A stretch of DNA of 64,000 bases from an uncultured Actinomycetes bacterium (GTDB lineage: Bacteria > Actinomycetota > Thermoleophilia > Gaiellales > JAICJC01). Below, one piece after another: positions 42,291 to 54,159 of this stretch. Every line of letters begins with the position of its first letter. Position 1 is the first letter of the stretch. The stretch is taken from positions 185,053 through 249,052 of the forward strand of contig CAWEYE010000010.1 of the NCBI GenBank assembly GCA_963813245.1, given 5' to 3'. Under the pieces are notes generated by a model. The model ran no database searches. It had not been told where the DNA came from and was given only the letters and a program-made list of their open reading frames with translations. A program made the position numbers and the translations under genes.

Positions 42291-42605
42291 GTGGAGAGAA
42301 GCGACGTTTCCGACACCCCCCAGGAGGCCGCGTACAGGGCCCAGCTGGCCGCCTACTTCGACGCGGTCATCAATCACGGCGAGGCCGGGGACATCCTCCG
42401 CAACCTCGAGCGGGCGGTCGAGCGCCTCGCGTTCGTGCGCTCCTGCATCATCCCGTTCACCGTCAACGCCGACGGCGCCCTGCACCAGGATCCCTACCAC
42501 CCGATCGAGGTCATCAGCGACGAGCTGAACTACATCGGGTTCCCGGCGCCGCTGCTCGACGACGTCGAGCCGCAGCGCGTGGGCGGCGCGGTCAGCGAAC
42601 GCTGA
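42291..42605 (+). CDS. Hypothetical protein
   Basis: 104-aa ORF with GC3-rich codons, upstream GAGGAG and TTGACA at 42185. Confidence 0.55.
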   Translation: MERSDVSDTPQEAAYRAQLAAYFDAVINHGEAGDILRNLERAVERLAFVRSCIIPFTVNADGALHQDPYHPIEVISDELNYIGFPAPLLDDVEPQRVGGAVSER

Positions 42606-43961
42606 CGGGCCGCTCGACGGCGTAGAGCTGCCACTCGCCCGGCAGGCCCTTGAGGGTGGCGCTGCCGCCGTGCTCGAACCGGATGCCCGACCCGACGACG
42701 AGGTCCTTGACGGTGCTCGAGACGAGCACCTCGCCGGGCGCCGCCTGCGCGGCGACGCGGGCGCCGATATGGACGGCGATGCCGCCCACCTTCCCGTCCA
42801 CCACCTCGCATTCGCCCGTGTGGAGCCCGGCGCGCACCTGCAGCCCCACCTCCTCGACCGCATCGGTGATGGCGCAGGCGCAGCGGATGGCGCGGGCCGG
42901 GCCATCGAAGCGCGCAAAGAAGCCGTCCCCGGCCGTGTCGACCTCGTGGCCCGAGTACCGCACGAGTTGGCGCCGCACCAGCGCGTGGTGGCGCTGCAGG
43001 AGCACCTTCCACTCCCGGTCGCCGACCTCGGCGAGCTTCTCCGTCGAGCCGACGATGTCCGTGAACATCACCGTGGCGAGCACGCGGTTGTGCTCCACCT
43101 CGTCCCACTCCCCGCTCTCCCAGATCTCCGACAGGAACCGCCTCGCCTCCCCGGCGAGCTCGTCCGGCCGCACCCACCAGCCGTGGTCATCGCCGGGCAG
43201 CTCCACCATCTCGGCCCCGGGGATGCGCTCGGCGATGTACCGGCCCTCCTCGAGCAGCCACACGGGGTCGCCGACCGGATGCAGGACGAGGGTGGGCACG
43301 GTGATCGCCCGCAGGACGTGGCGTACGTCGGCGCCGCGGTTCATGCGGATGAGAGCGCGCACGGCGCCCGGGCTGGCGCTCATCAGCACCCACTTGCGCC
43401 ACCACGCGCGCGCTTCCGGATCGTCCGCGATGCTCGGTGAGAGGAACTTCAGGCGCACGTCCAGCCATTCGTCGGAGCCGATCGGGGGAACTTCGGGCGC
43501 GGCGATCAGCTCGTCCCACTGCGCCGGGGTGAGGGCCCACGAGTAGTCCTCGGCCCAGGTGTGGCTGGCGCCGGTGCCGTACAGGATCGCGGCGGCCGTC
43601 CGCTCGGGTAGGTGGCGGCGAAGAGCAGCGTCATCGGCCCGCCCTCCGACACGCCCATGATCGCCGCCCGCCGGGAGCCGACGGCGTCCATCACCGCGCG
43701 GATGTCGTCCATGCGCGTCTCGAGGTCGGGGACGCCGGCGTCGCGATCCGAGAGGCCGGTGCCGCGCTTGTCGAACAGGATCAGGCGCGAGAACTGCGCC
43801 AGCGCGCTCAGCGTGTCCCGGGCCGGACCCTCCCACGCCGTCTCGAACGCCGAGAGCACCCAGCCGCCCACGAACACGAGGTCGAACGGGCCGTCGCCGA
43901 CGACGCCGTAGGCGATGCTGACATCCCCGCTGCGAGCGTACTGCACACGCGGCGCTTCCAT
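42592..43961 (-). CDS. Alpha/beta hydrolase-adenylate cyclase fusion (LipJ-like; frameshift near 43605)
   Basis: FDKRGTGLSDR, GVSEGG; then ATVMFTDIVGST, TAGDGF, RAGLHTGE, VHIGARV. Confidence 0.88.
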
Positions 43962-43981
43962 CCGGTGAGTATCGCACCGGT

Positions 43982-44623
43982 CTAGACCTGGCCGGGATAG
44001 AAGCCGAGCCGGGCGAGCGGCTCGACGATCTCGTGCTCCTCGTAGGAGAGGTGCGAGAGCAGCGCGTCGGTGAGGAAGTCGATCGCGGCCTGGATCCCCG
44101 CGTAGCTCCCGGGGTGGTTGAGATGGTCGACGAGCGCGCGGTCGACCGCCTGGACGGCGTCGTGGATCGCCAGGTGCTCGTCGCGCAGGCGGTCGATCAC
44201 CGGTGCCAGGTTCGCGTCGCTGCGGACGAGGTGCGGGAAGACCGCGTCGTCCTCGAGGCCGTGATGCTGGGCGACGATGCCGCAGTAGCGGGCGCAGAAG
44301 GCCCCCACCGCCCAGTCGTTCTGGCGCAGCGCCATCTCGTTCAGGGCGGAGCGCGCGGCGCCGGCCGTGAGGGCGCCGTCGCGCACCTGCGCCAGCACGT
44401 CGCGCAGCTCGCGGAGCTCGCCCCGGAGCATGTCGTGCACGTCGACGAGGTGCTGGCCGACGAGCCGGCCGCGCCTGGTGTAGGTGACGTCGGGCCCGGA
44501 CTCCGGCCGGTGCGGCCGGGTCGCCTCGTCCCAGGCGGTGGCGGCGCTCAGGCGCGCGCCGTCGTCGGGGGTCGGCGTCACCCCGAGGCGGTCGTATTCG
44601 GACGTCGTCTCCCGACCGGTCAC
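43982..44623 (-). CDS. Hemerythrin-domain protein
   Basis: HDMLR, HHGLEDDAVFP, EHLAIH, HLSYEE; TAGCTT -10 six nt upstream. Confidence 0.85.
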   Translation of the reverse strand: MTGRETTSEYDRLGVTPTPDDGARLSAATAWDEATRPHRPESGPDVTYTRRGRLVGQHLVDVHDMLRGELRELRDVLAQVRDGALTAGAARSALNEMALRQNDWAVGAFCARYCGIVAQHHGLEDDAVFPHLVRSDANLAPVIDRLRDEHLAIHDAVQAVDRALVDHLNHPGSYAGIQAAIDFLTDALLSHLSYEEHEIVEPLARLGFYPGQV

Positions 44624-44763
44624 GGCGGCAAGCTAGCCGCATCCCCCGCGCGCCCGCCGCCGCTACCGGCGTGCGCAGTTCTCCGAACGCCGATCCGTGG
44701 CCGCCCCGATGCGGAAACGGGCGCGCCGTGCCACTGTGGAGTGGTACGCCGAGAGGAGACGCC

Positions 44764-45012
44764 ATGCAAACCCCAACTCACACCTGGGAGCGCCTTGCCG
44801 CGCTTGATCCGCCCGTGGCATGGCGGCCGTGGCTGCAGCGCCACGAGCGGACGATCGCGCTGTGCGGGGCGATCTTCGTCGCCGGCATCGCGTTTGGGGC
44901 CGGTGGACGGTCGAAGAAGACCGCGGTCGTCGTCCGGATCCACCACAACCAGTTCCGGGTCACGAACGAGGGGACGATGGGTCTCCTCGCGAGAGCCGCC
45001 CGCCGTCGATGA
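44764..45012 (+). CDS. Small hypothetical membrane protein
   Basis: GAGGAG RBS, ATG, one hydrophobic segment; converges on the tRNA 3' end. Confidence 0.45.
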   Translation: MQTPTHTWERLAALDPPVAWRPWLQRHERTIALCGAIFVAGIAFGAGGRSKKTAVVVRIHHNQFRVTNEGTMGLLARAARRR

Positions 45013-45016
45013 GAGA

Positions 45017-45089
45017 TGGAGCTAGTCGGGCTCGAACCGACGACCTCCACGCTGCCAGCGTGGCGCTCTCCCAGCTGAGCTATAGCCCC
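45017..45089 (-). tRNA. tRNA-Ala (GGC)
   Basis: GGGGCTA/TAGCTCC acceptor stem with G3:U70, anticodon arm CCACG-CTGGCAG-CGTGG, GGTTCGA T-loop; CCA not encoded; TATACT -10 upstream. Confidence 0.97.
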
Positions 45090-45124
45090 AAGTCGGGCCG
45101 CAGTATACCGCCACTTCCGCCGGG

Positions 45125-45673
45125 TTAAGACGCCGGGGTGAGCGGCCCGATCGGCCGGACGGCCATACCGCGCGGCTCCGCCAGCCGCTCGAGGACGAGC
45201 GCCGTGTCCGCGATCGCGACCCCCGACAGGTGCTGGTCGCGGGCCGTGAAGTCGGCCACGATCTCACCCAACGCCGCGGCGTAGGCCCGGTCGTCGCCGT
45301 CGCCGAGGGCGGCGAGCGCCCGACCGGTGCGCGCGAACGAGTCGCCCCCGGCGAGCATCGTCGCCACGTCGGGCCGCTCGCCCACGGCCACCTGCGCCAG
45401 CGCCCGCAGATACGCCGAGGCCGGCGTGTCGGCCTCCCCCACCTCCCGCAGCGCCTGGCGGGCGATCGGCTCGGCCCCGTCGCCCAGGAGGAGCGCCATC
45501 TTGAGCGCGCCGACCAGCCGCCCCCAGCTGGCGGGCCCCGACTCGGCGTGCGAGGCCAGGTAGGCGTCCCGGGCCGCGAGCAGGGCCGGGCGGGCATCGC
45601 CTCCGCGCAGCAGCGCCCGGTAGGCCTCGGCCTCGGCGGCGAGCGCGGCGTTCAGGTGGGCGCCGGCGCTCAC
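45125..45673 (-). CDS. Hypothetical Ala-rich helical protein
   Basis: GTGA overlap with the upstream gene; SWGRLVGALK. Confidence 0.65.
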   Translation of the reverse strand: MSAGAHLNAALAAEAEAYRALLRGGDARPALLAARDAYLASHAESGPASWGRLVGALKMALLLGDGAEPIARQALREVGEADTPASAYLRALAQVAVGERPDVATMLAGGDSFARTGRALAALGDGDDRAYAAALGEIVADFTARDQHLSGVAIADTALVLERLAEPRGMAVRPIGPLTPAS

Positions 45674-46077
45674 TCGAGCGGCTTTCGCCCGGCGAAGCCG
45701 TCCTGCGGCGAGTGCCAGAAGGCGATCCGCTCCTCGCCCACGTGCCAGCACAGGAGCGCATCCTGGCCGTCGACCTCGGCGGGGAAGTCGATCAGGCCGC
45801 GGTCCATGTCCTTCACCTGCACGCCCTGATCCGTGAAGCGCGCGACGATCTCGTTCAGCTCCGCATGGGCGGCCTCGACCGCCCGCTGCAGGTCACGCAC
45901 CTCCGGCCGCTCCATGTTGCCGCCGTTTGATCCGATCGCGATCACGAGCTTGCGCCAGCGCGACTCGAGGTCGCGGAGGGCCGCGCAGGCCTCGACCATC
46001 CGCTCCGCCAACGCCCGCAGCTCGGAATCGAGCAGCTGCTGCGCCTCAGCGAGGGTGAACCGCCGCTCGTGCTCCAC
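45670..46077 (-). CDS. DUF2203 family protein
   Basis: FTLAEA, VKDMDRGLIDFP, LCWHVGE, GFAGR. Confidence 0.88.
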   Translation of the reverse strand: MEHERRFTLAEAQQLLDSELRALAERMVEACAALRDLESRWRKLVIAIGSNGGNMERPEVRDLQRAVEAAHAELNEIVARFTDQGVQVKDMDRGLIDFPAEVDGQDALLCWHVGEERIAFWHSPQDGFAGRKPLE

Positions 46078-46086
46078 CGGCCTCGG

Positions 46087-46464
46087 TCACCCGGCCGCGT
46101 AGGTCTCGCTCGGCACCTGCCCCCACAGCGCCTCCAGGCGGTAGAAGGCGCGTGCCTCGGGCGTGAACACGTGCACGACGACGTCGAGGTAGTCGAGCAG
46201 GATCCAGTCGCCCTGGCGGTGCCCTTCGATCCGCCGCGGCATCAGGCGGCCGTCGTGCTTCAGCGTCTCGTGGATCTGGTCGGCGATGGCCTGCGCCTGG
46301 CGAGGGTTGCGTCCAGAGCAGATCACGAAGTGGTCGGTGTAGCTGACCACCTCGCGCATGTCGAGGATGACGATGTCGGTGGCAAGCTTCTCCGCCGCCA
46401 GCGAGGCGATGCGGTGCGCCAGCTGGGTGGTGTCTGTCAGGCCGCGATCCCCATACCGTCGCAA
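46087..46464 (-). CDS. rsfS: Ribosome silencing factor (start uncertain)
   Basis: KLATDIVILD, DHFVICSG, WILLDYLDVVVHVF, FYRLEALW. Confidence 0.93.
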   Translation of the reverse strand: MRRYGDRGLTDTTQLAHRIASLAAEKLATDIVILDMREVVSYTDHFVICSGRNPRQAQAIADQIHETLKHDGRLMPRRIEGHRQGDWILLDYLDVVVHVFTPEARAFYRLEALWGQVPSETYAAG

Positions 46465-46469
46465 TCAGC

Positions 46470-47033
46470 CTAGCACGGGGTCGGGCGGTACAGCCCCTCG
46501 CGCCCGATCGCCGCGACCACCCCGGCCGGCACCAGGCCGCTCACATCGATGCCCTCGGCCACGCTGCGGCGAAGCTGCGAAGACGCCGCGGCGACGGGCT
46601 GCATCACGAGCTCCTCGGCATCGTCGGCGTGCGGGGCGCCGGGACGGGCGGCCACCGCCACCCGGGCCAGCTCGCGCACACGATCGGGGCGATGCCACGA
46701 CCCGAGCGCGGCCAGCTGGTCGGCTCCCAGGATCAGGTACAGCTGCTGGCCGGGGCCCGCGAGCCGCTCGAGCGTGTCCACGGTGTAGCTCGGGCCGGGG
46801 CGGTCGAGCTCGAGCCGGCTCACCTCCACCCGGGGCTCGTCCGCGAACGCCGCGAGCGCCAGCCGATAGCGCGTCTCGGCCGGGGTCTGCGGGGCCGGCC
46901 GGTGCGGCGGTTGTGAGCTCGGGACGACCAGCACACGGTCGAGACCGAGCTGGTCGCGGGCCGCGCGGACGACGGCGAGGTGGCCGTTGTGGGGCGGATC
47001 GAACTGCCCGCCGAAGACGCCGAGGCGGGTCAC
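46470..47033 (-). CDS. nadD: Nicotinate-nucleotide adenylyltransferase
   Basis: GVFGGQFDPPHNGH, SYTVDTL, ILGAD, SSQLR, GLY. Confidence 0.93.
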   Translation of the reverse strand: MTRLGVFGGQFDPPHNGHLAVVRAARDQLGLDRVLVVPSSQPPHRPAPQTPAETRYRLALAAFADEPRVEVSRLELDRPGPSYTVDTLERLAGPGQQLYLILGADQLAALGSWHRPDRVRELARVAVAARPGAPHADDAEELVMQPVAAASSQLRRSVAEGIDVSGLVPAGVVAAIGREGLYRPTPC

Positions 47034-47035
47034 GG

Positions 47036-48360
<1,325 letters not shown>

Positions 48361-48624
48361 TCAGGCAGCCGGTTCGGAGGCCTGCACGCTGATGTAGCGC
48401 CGGCCCTTGCGCTGCCCGAACTCGACCGTGCCGTCCACCGTGGCGAACACCGTGTCGTCGCTGCCCAGGCCCGCTCCGGCACCGGGGTAGAAGCGCGTGC
48501 CCCGCTGGCGCACGATGATCGCGCCCGCCGTCACGGTCTGGCCCGAGAACACCTTGACGCCCAGTCGCTGCGCGTGTGAGTCGCGCCCGTTCTTGGACGA
48601 TCCGAGACCCTTCTTATGCGCCAT
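48361..48624 (-). CDS. rpmA: 50S ribosomal protein L27
   Basis: [23 protein letters not shown]. Confidence 0.98.
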   Translation of the reverse strand: MAHKKGLGSSKNGRDSHAQRLGVKVFSGQTVTAGAIIVRQRGTRFYPGAGAGLGSDDTVFATVDGTVEFGQRKGRRYISVQASEPAA

Positions 48625-49141
48625 CGCCCGTGTCCTCCTTCTTCGCCCTCGTCCGCCGCGGCCGCGCAGCCGGTGCGTCGGCCTGCTCCGCGCTCTCGGC
48701 CTTCGGCTTCGCCGCCGCCCGTGGCTTGGGAGCCGCCTTCGGCTTGGCCGGCGCCCGTGCCGGGGCCTTCGCCTCGGCGGCGGGGGCCTCGGCCGGCTCG
48801 GCCTCAGGCTTGCGGGCCGGTGCCCGCTTGGGCCGCGCCGAGCCGCCGATCGACTCGACCGAGATCCTGGTCAGCTCCGACCGGTGCCCGCGCGTCTTCT
48901 TGAAGCCGCGCTTCGGCTTGAACGTGAACACCTTGATCTTCTCGCCGCGCAGATGTTCGACCACCTGCACCGAGACGGTGCCCTGCAGCTTCTCGCGGTC
49001 GGTCACGACCTCGTCGCCGCCCGTCATGAGCACGTCCGGCGTGAACGCCTCGCCCGCAGCATGCGGCTGCCGGTCGACCAGGAGCTTCTGCCCCTGCTCG
49101 ACGCGGTACTGCTTGCCGCCGACCTTGATCACCGCGTACAT
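48614..49141 (-). CDS. rplU: 50S ribosomal protein L21 with Ala/Lys/Pro-rich C-terminal tail
   Basis: [21 protein letters not shown]. Confidence 0.97.
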   Translation of the reverse strand: MYAVIKVGGKQYRVEQGQKLLVDRQPHAAGEAFTPDVLMTGGDEVVTDREKLQGTVSVQVVEHLRGEKIKVFTFKPKRGFKKTRGHRSELTRISVESIGGSARPKRAPARKPEAEPAEAPAAEAKAPARAPAKPKAAPKPRAAAKPKAESAEQADAPAARPRRTRAKKEDTGDGA

Positions 49142-49165
49142 GAGCCGCGGAATGGTACCAGAGCA

Positions 49166-51634
49166 TTACCCACCGAGGATCTTCCCCAGGAGCCCGCGCT
49201 TGCGCTCCGACTGAGGCTGCGCCCCGTCGGCGGCCGGCGCGGCCGCAGCCGGGGGCTCGGCCGGCGGGGACACCACCTCCGGAGGCGGTGCGGCGGGCGC
49301 CGCCGCCGGTGCGGGCTCGGGGTCCGCGGTCGCCGCCGCGGCCGTGGCCGTGCGCTTGGCGGGAGCCCGGCGGCGCGTGCGCGGCGCGGCGGCCGGTTCG
49401 GCATCGGCGGCCGGTGCCGCCGCGCTCGGCTCGTCAGGCTTGGGAGCCGCGCCGGGGTCGGCGTCCGCCTGCGGGGTCGATCCGTCCGCATCGGCGCTCG
49501 CCGTCCGCGAACGCCCACGCCCGCCGCGCTTGCCGCGGCGTCGGCGCTTGGTGCCGGCGGCTTCGTCGCCGGTCTCAGCCGCGTCGACTACATCGGCCGC
49601 ACCGTCTGCGCCGGCATCCGCGCTCGCATCGGCTGCCGCCGGCTCGTCGGCAGACGCCGCCTCGGCGGGCGCCGCCTCGGCCGCTGCCGTGTCGGCCGCC
49701 GGCTTGGCCCGCGTCCGCCGCCGCGGCTTGGGTGCAGCCGTGGCGTCGTCGGCGGCCTTGCCGGCGGCGTCGGCCTCGGTCGTCGCCGCAGCCGCCGCGG
49801 CCGGCTTCGCCGGCGTCTTGCGGCGCGTGCGCGGCCGGGTGCGCTGCTCGAGCTCGAGCCGCTCGCCCACCTCGCGGTCGAACTCCGGCAGCTCGTAGTC
49901 GCCCGGCTCGGGCGGCAGATCGATCGCGGTCGGCTTGGCGTCGAGCAACGTGGCGTAGGCCACCGTCCGGGTGGCCCGGTCGATGCGCACCTTGTGCTGC
50001 TGGCCGACGTAGCCGATCGCGCCGCCCACCACCACCGGGTAGCCGCCGTCGACCCTGGCGACGCCGTCGGTGATGTTGTACATGTGCGGCTCCGAGATCT
50101 TGACGGTGCGCTCGTCGCCGTCGGCGAACGGCAGGCCGTCGCCGTCGATCTCGGCCCGCGAGCCCTCACGGATCACGTCCACCTCGCTCAGGAGCATCCG
50201 CTCGACCGGCTCCAGGGTGAAGAACTTGCGCGTCTCGCGCTCGAGCTCGAGCAGCTTCATGCCGCCCGCGCCGACCAGGCCCGAGGCGACCTTCGCATTC
50301 AGCCGCACCAGGAACGCCTCGGCGCCCGATGACCGGGCCAGCCGGCGCAGGCGCCGTTCGGCCTCGACGGCCATCGTCTGCTCGGAGAGGACGACGCCCT
50401 CGCCGCCGCATGTCGGGCAGGTGCGGGTGAGGATCTCGCGCACGCCCGCGGTCACGTTCTGGCGGGTCATCTCGACCAGCCCGAGCGGCGAGATCTCGAC
50501 CAGATACGTCTTCGTGCGGTCGTTCTCGAGCTCGGCCTGGAGCACCTTCAGCACCTCGGCCCGGTTCTTCGCCGACGCCATGTCGATGAAGTCGATGACG
50601 ATGATGCCGCCGATGTCGCGCAGGCGCAGCTGGCGCATGACCTCCCGCGCCGCCTCGATGTTGTTGCGCGTGATCGTGTCCTCGAGCCGCCCGGACGAGC
50701 CCACGAACCGGCCCGTGTTGACGTCGATGACGGTGAACGCCTCGGCGTAGTCGAAGATCAGGTAGCCGCCGGACGGCAGGTCGACGCGCTTGTTCAGCGT
50801 CGAGAGGATCGCCTGGTCGACGCCGTAGCGCTCGAACAGCGGCACGCTGTCGGAGTAGAGCTTGATCCGGTCGACGAACTCGGGCTGCGTCGTGCGCACC
50901 CAGCCGAGGATGCGGCGGTACTGGCGCTCGGAGTCGACCAGCACCTCCTGCACGTTTCGCGCCAGCAGGTCGCGGATCACCTTCAGCGACAGGTCGGCCT
51001 CGGCGTAGACGAGGCTCCCGGCCTTCGCCGGCTTCGCCCGGGCCTCGACCTGGGCCCACATCTTGTGCAGGAAGCGCAGGTCGCGCTCGAGGTCGTCGGC
51101 GGTGGCGCCGGCGGCCGCGGTGCGGACGATGATGCCGCCCTGCTCAGTCTCGAGCGACTTGGCCAGCTTGCGCAGCCGCTCGCGCTCGCCGTCGGGCAGC
51201 CGCCTCGACACCCCGGAGCCCTCGCCGTGGGGCGAGAGCACCAGGAAGCGGCCCGCGATGGAGAGCTCCATCGTGACCCGCGGCCCCTTGGTGCCCATCG
51301 AGTCCTTGACGACCTGGACGAGCACCTCCTGGCCGGGCTTCAGGAGCTCGTCGATCTTGCGCCGGCGGCGCGACTTCGGGTCCTGGCCGGGGACGACGAC
51401 GTCGTCCACATACAGGAACCCGTTGCGGGGCAGGCCGAGGTCGACGAAGGCCGCCTCCATGCCGCGCAGCACGTTGTCGATCTTGCCTTTGTAGATGTTT
51501 CCGGCCAGCGAGCCCTCGCCGCGGCGCTCGATCAGCGCCTCGACGGTACGGCCCTCTTCGACCACGGCCACCCGCAGCTCGGACAGGTCGACCGAGATCA
51601 GGATGGTCTTCGATACGTTCGATGTAAGTGTCAA
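49166..51634 (-). CDS. rne: Ribonuclease E/G family
   Basis: [41 protein letters not shown]; low-complexity C-terminus. Confidence 0.93.
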   Translation of the reverse strand: MTLTSNVSKTILISVDLSELRVAVVEEGRTVEALIERRGEGSLAGNIYKGKIDNVLRGMEAAFVDLGLPRNGFLYVDDVVVPGQDPKSRRRRKIDELLKPGQEVLVQVVKDSMGTKGPRVTMELSIAGRFLVLSPHGEGSGVSRRLPDGERERLRKLAKSLETEQGGIIVRTAAAGATADDLERDLRFLHKMWAQVEARAKPAKAGSLVYAEADLSLKVIRDLLARNVQEVLVDSERQYRRILGWVRTTQPEFVDRIKLYSDSVPLFERYGVDQAILSTLNKRVDLPSGGYLIFDYAEAFTVIDVNTGRFVGSSGRLEDTITRNNIEAAREVMRQLRLRDIGGIIVIDFIDMASAKNRAEVLKVLQAELENDRTKTYLVEISPLGLVEMTRQNVTAGVREILTRTCPTCGGEGVVLSEQTMAVEAERRLRRLARSSGAEAFLVRLNAKVASGLVGAGGMKLLELERETRKFFTLEPVERMLLSEVDVIREGSRAEIDGDGLPFADGDERTVKISEPHMYNITDGVARVDGGYPVVVGGAIGYVGQQHKVRIDRATRTVAYATLLDAKPTAIDLPPEPGDYELPEFDREVGERLELEQRTRPRTRRKTPAKPAAAAAATTEADAAGKAADDATAAPKPRRRTRAKPAADTAAAEAAPAEAASADEPAAADASADAGADGAADVVDAAETGDEAAGTKRRRRGKRGGRGRSRTASADADGSTPQADADPGAAPKPDEPSAAAPAADAEPAAAPRTRRRAPAKRTATAAAATADPEPAPAAAPAAPPPEVVSPPAEPPAAAAPAADGAQPQSERKRGLLGKILGG

Positions 51635-52278
51635 GTGCGTACTCCCACCGGCTGGTCGCGAAGGCAGATGCGCGTCCGTACCAGCCGCTTGATGTTCGCG
51701 GTGCGGCCGATGAGGCCGGCAACCGCCTGTGCAATCTCCTCCGGGCGTGCGGTGCCGGCTTCGGTCATCCGAAGCTCCATCCGCAGCAGTCCCGGCTCGT
51801 GCTCGATGCTCGAGCAGTACGTGCGGACGTCGATCCGGCGATCGGCCTTGCCCGGGGCGGTTCGCACCACCTCGCAGCTCTCGGCCTCCGCGAACGCGTG
51901 CAGCGCGCGCGGCCAGTCGACGTCGTCCTCCACCTCCACGTCGTAGGCGGTCGCCTCCACACGGGCGGCGGCCGTCCGGCCTTCGGCCGGCTGGACGCCG
52001 ACCACGGTCATGCCGTGCGGCAGCTGCGCGTCGAGCCGCTCGGCCACCTCGGCCGGGTCGGGATCGTCCACGAGCTGCACGTCGGCCAGGTCTGCCAGCG
52101 CCTGCACACCGACCGCCCGCGGCATCGCGAGCGAGATCACAGGACGAGGCTTCATGCCCTTCGACAGGGCGATGTCGTAGCCGGCGCGCCGCAGCGCGCC
52201 GAGCAGCGTGTCAACGGTTTCGAGGTGCGACAGAAAGCGCGCCCGTCCGCCAACCGCAAAGGTAATTCGATATGTCAA
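51631..52278 (-). CDS. Radical SAM-associated protein (TIGR03936/DUF2344-like)
   Basis: RFLSHLE, ALRRAG, GMKPRP, RPEE; follows the radical SAM gene. Confidence 0.88.
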   Translation of the reverse strand: MTYRITFAVGGRARFLSHLETVDTLLGALRRAGYDIALSKGMKPRPVISLAMPRAVGVQALADLADVQLVDDPDPAEVAERLDAQLPHGMTVVGVQPAEGRTAAARVEATAYDVEVEDDVDWPRALHAFAEAESCEVVRTAPGKADRRIDVRTYCSSIEHEPGLLRMELRMTEAGTARPEEIAQAVAGLIGRTANIKRLVRTRICLRDQPVGVRT

Positions 52279-52312
52279 CGATGTGTCTCAACTTTCAAAA
52301 TGCGCGGAGACC

Positions 52313-52325
52313 GGGGTCTGACCCC
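52313..52325. repeat. 13-bp REP-like palindrome
   Basis: ggggtctgacccc followed by ggttt. Confidence 0.6.
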
Positions 52326-52334
52326 GGTTTCCGG

Positions 52335-54101
52335 TCAGCTCACCAATCTGTTGCGGACGGGGCCGAAGCACGCACCGCAGTCCGTGCATCCGTCCCAGCG
52401 GCAGTCGCCCGTCGCCACCTCGGCGCGGCTCTGCCCCCACTCGTCCAGCAGGAACTCCTTGGAGACGCCCGAGCGCACGTGATCCCACGGCAGCTCGTCC
52501 CACTCTCCAAACTCTCGCGTGGCCTGCTCGTCGATGCTCGAGCCGCAGGCCGCAAACGCCGCCTCCCAGGCGGCCTCCTGGTACATCTCGCTCCAGGCGT
52601 CGAAGCGCGCACCCGCGCGCCACGCCCGCTCGATCACGTCCGCCAGCTCCTCGCCGCCACGGGCGAGCGCGCCCTCGAGCATCGACGTGCCCAGGTCGTG
52701 CAGCGAGAGCCGGATCTGGCGGGTGGGCATCGCCCGGCGCATGTACGCCTGCTTCGCGTCGAGCTGGGCGCGGCTCGACATCCCCTCCCACTGGAAGGGC
52801 GTGTGCGGCTTGGGCACGAAGTTCGAGACGCTCACGTGCACCGAGAACCGGCCGCCGCCGGGGCGCACCCGCCGCCCGATCTCGCGCGCCCGGATGCCGA
52901 GATCGACGATCCCCTGCACCTCGGCGTGCGTCTCTCGCGGCAGGCCGATCATGAAGTACATCTTCAGGCTGGTGTAGCCGGCCTGGAACGCCGCCTCGAT
53001 CGCGCGCTCGATCATCTCGTCGGTGATCGTCTTGCAGATGATGTCGCGCATCCGCTGCGTGGCCGCCTCGGGCGCCAGCGTGATCGAGCTCTGGCGGGCG
53101 TTGGCGGCGGCGGTGAGCGCCACCGGCCCCGTGTCGACGCGGTTGGACGGAAGCGACAGGTGCAGCGTCGGCAGCCGCGTCTTGATCTTCTCGATCGCGG
53201 GCACGATGCCCGTGTAGTCGCTGGTGGCAAGCGACGTCAGCGACAGCTCGTCGTAGCCGGTGCAGCCGAGCTGGGCGAGGCCGGCCTCGGCCACCTCGTC
53301 CGGCGAGCGCTCGCGCACGGGCCGGTACCACGTGCCCGCATGGCAGAAGCGGCAGCCGCGGGTGCAGCCGCGCATGACCTCGACCGACGCCCGCGAGAAG
53401 ATCGCCGACGAGTACGGCACCACGACCCGGGTCGGGTGCGTCTCGATGCCGAAGTCGGCATAGACGGCGCGCTCCACGGGGTGGCGTCCGCGCCCCGGCA
53501 GGTACAGGTACGGGTTCTGGGCGAGGGCCGCCATGCGCGCGGCCCGGCCGGGCACGGTCGCGATCACGTCGAGCACCGCCTCGAACGCGCGCTCGGACTC
53601 GCCCATGAAGACGGCGTCGAAGAACGGCCCGAGCGGCGCGGGGTTGGAGGCGCTCGGGCCTCCGGCCACGACGATCGGATCGTCGTCGCCGCGATCGGCG
53701 GCGCGCAGGGGGATGCCGGCCAGATCGAGCACCTCGAGCACGTTCGAGTAGGTCAGCTCGGCCTGAAGGGTGATCCCGAGCAGGTCGGCCTCGCGCACGG
53801 GCCGCCACGACTCGAGCGTGAACAGCGGCAGGCCTTGCCGGCGCATCGCGTCGGCCATGTCGGGCCACGGGCAGTACACCCGCTCGGCCGCGATGCCCTC
53901 GCGGCGGTTGATCTGCTGGTAGAGGATCTGCAGGGCCTGATTTGAGATCCCGATCTCGTATGCGTCGGGATAGCAGAGGGCGACGAGCGCGGTCGCCTGC
54001 GGCTTGCGTACCTGGTTGGCCTCGCCGCCGATGTAGCGCGACGGCTTTTGCACCGTCTCCAGCACGGCCTCGATCCTGTCTTCGAGCAGGGCTTTGCCCA
54101 T
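52335..54101 (-). CDS. B12-binding-like radical SAM protein (TIGR03960-like)
   Basis: KPSRYIGGE, PDAYEIG, RGCTRGCRFC, APEA, FVPKPHTPFQW, C-terminal CxxxxCxxCxxC. Confidence 0.93.
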   Translation of the reverse strand: MGKALLEDRIEAVLETVQKPSRYIGGEANQVRKPQATALVALCYPDAYEIGISNQALQILYQQINRREGIAAERVYCPWPDMADAMRRQGLPLFTLESWRPVREADLLGITLQAELTYSNVLEVLDLAGIPLRAADRGDDDPIVVAGGPSASNPAPLGPFFDAVFMGESERAFEAVLDVIATVPGRAARMAALAQNPYLYLPGRGRHPVERAVYADFGIETHPTRVVVPYSSAIFSRASVEVMRGCTRGCRFCHAGTWYRPVRERSPDEVAEAGLAQLGCTGYDELSLTSLATSDYTGIVPAIEKIKTRLPTLHLSLPSNRVDTGPVALTAAANARQSSITLAPEAATQRMRDIICKTITDEMIERAIEAAFQAGYTSLKMYFMIGLPRETHAEVQGIVDLGIRAREIGRRVRPGGGRFSVHVSVSNFVPKPHTPFQWEGMSSRAQLDAKQAYMRRAMPTRQIRLSLHDLGTSMLEGALARGGEELADVIERAWRAGARFDAWSEMYQEAAWEAAFAACGSSIDEQATREFGEWDELPWDHVRSGVSKEFLLDEWGQSRAEVATGDCRWDGCTDCGACFGPVRNRLVS

Positions 54102-54137
54102 TGCACCGCATGGTAGTCGACGGTGTTAAGGGGACGC

Positions 54138-54150
54138 GGGGACTGTCCCC
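54138..54150. repeat. 13-bp REP-like palindrome
   Basis: ggggactgtcccc followed by ggtttt. Confidence 0.6.
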
Positions 54151-54159
54151 GGTTTTCGG

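Noticed and set aside
45017-45089. tRNA-anchored genomic island or prophage
   Set aside because: No integrase, phage genes or duplicated tRNA 3' end was seen in the window, although accessory-type genes begin here.
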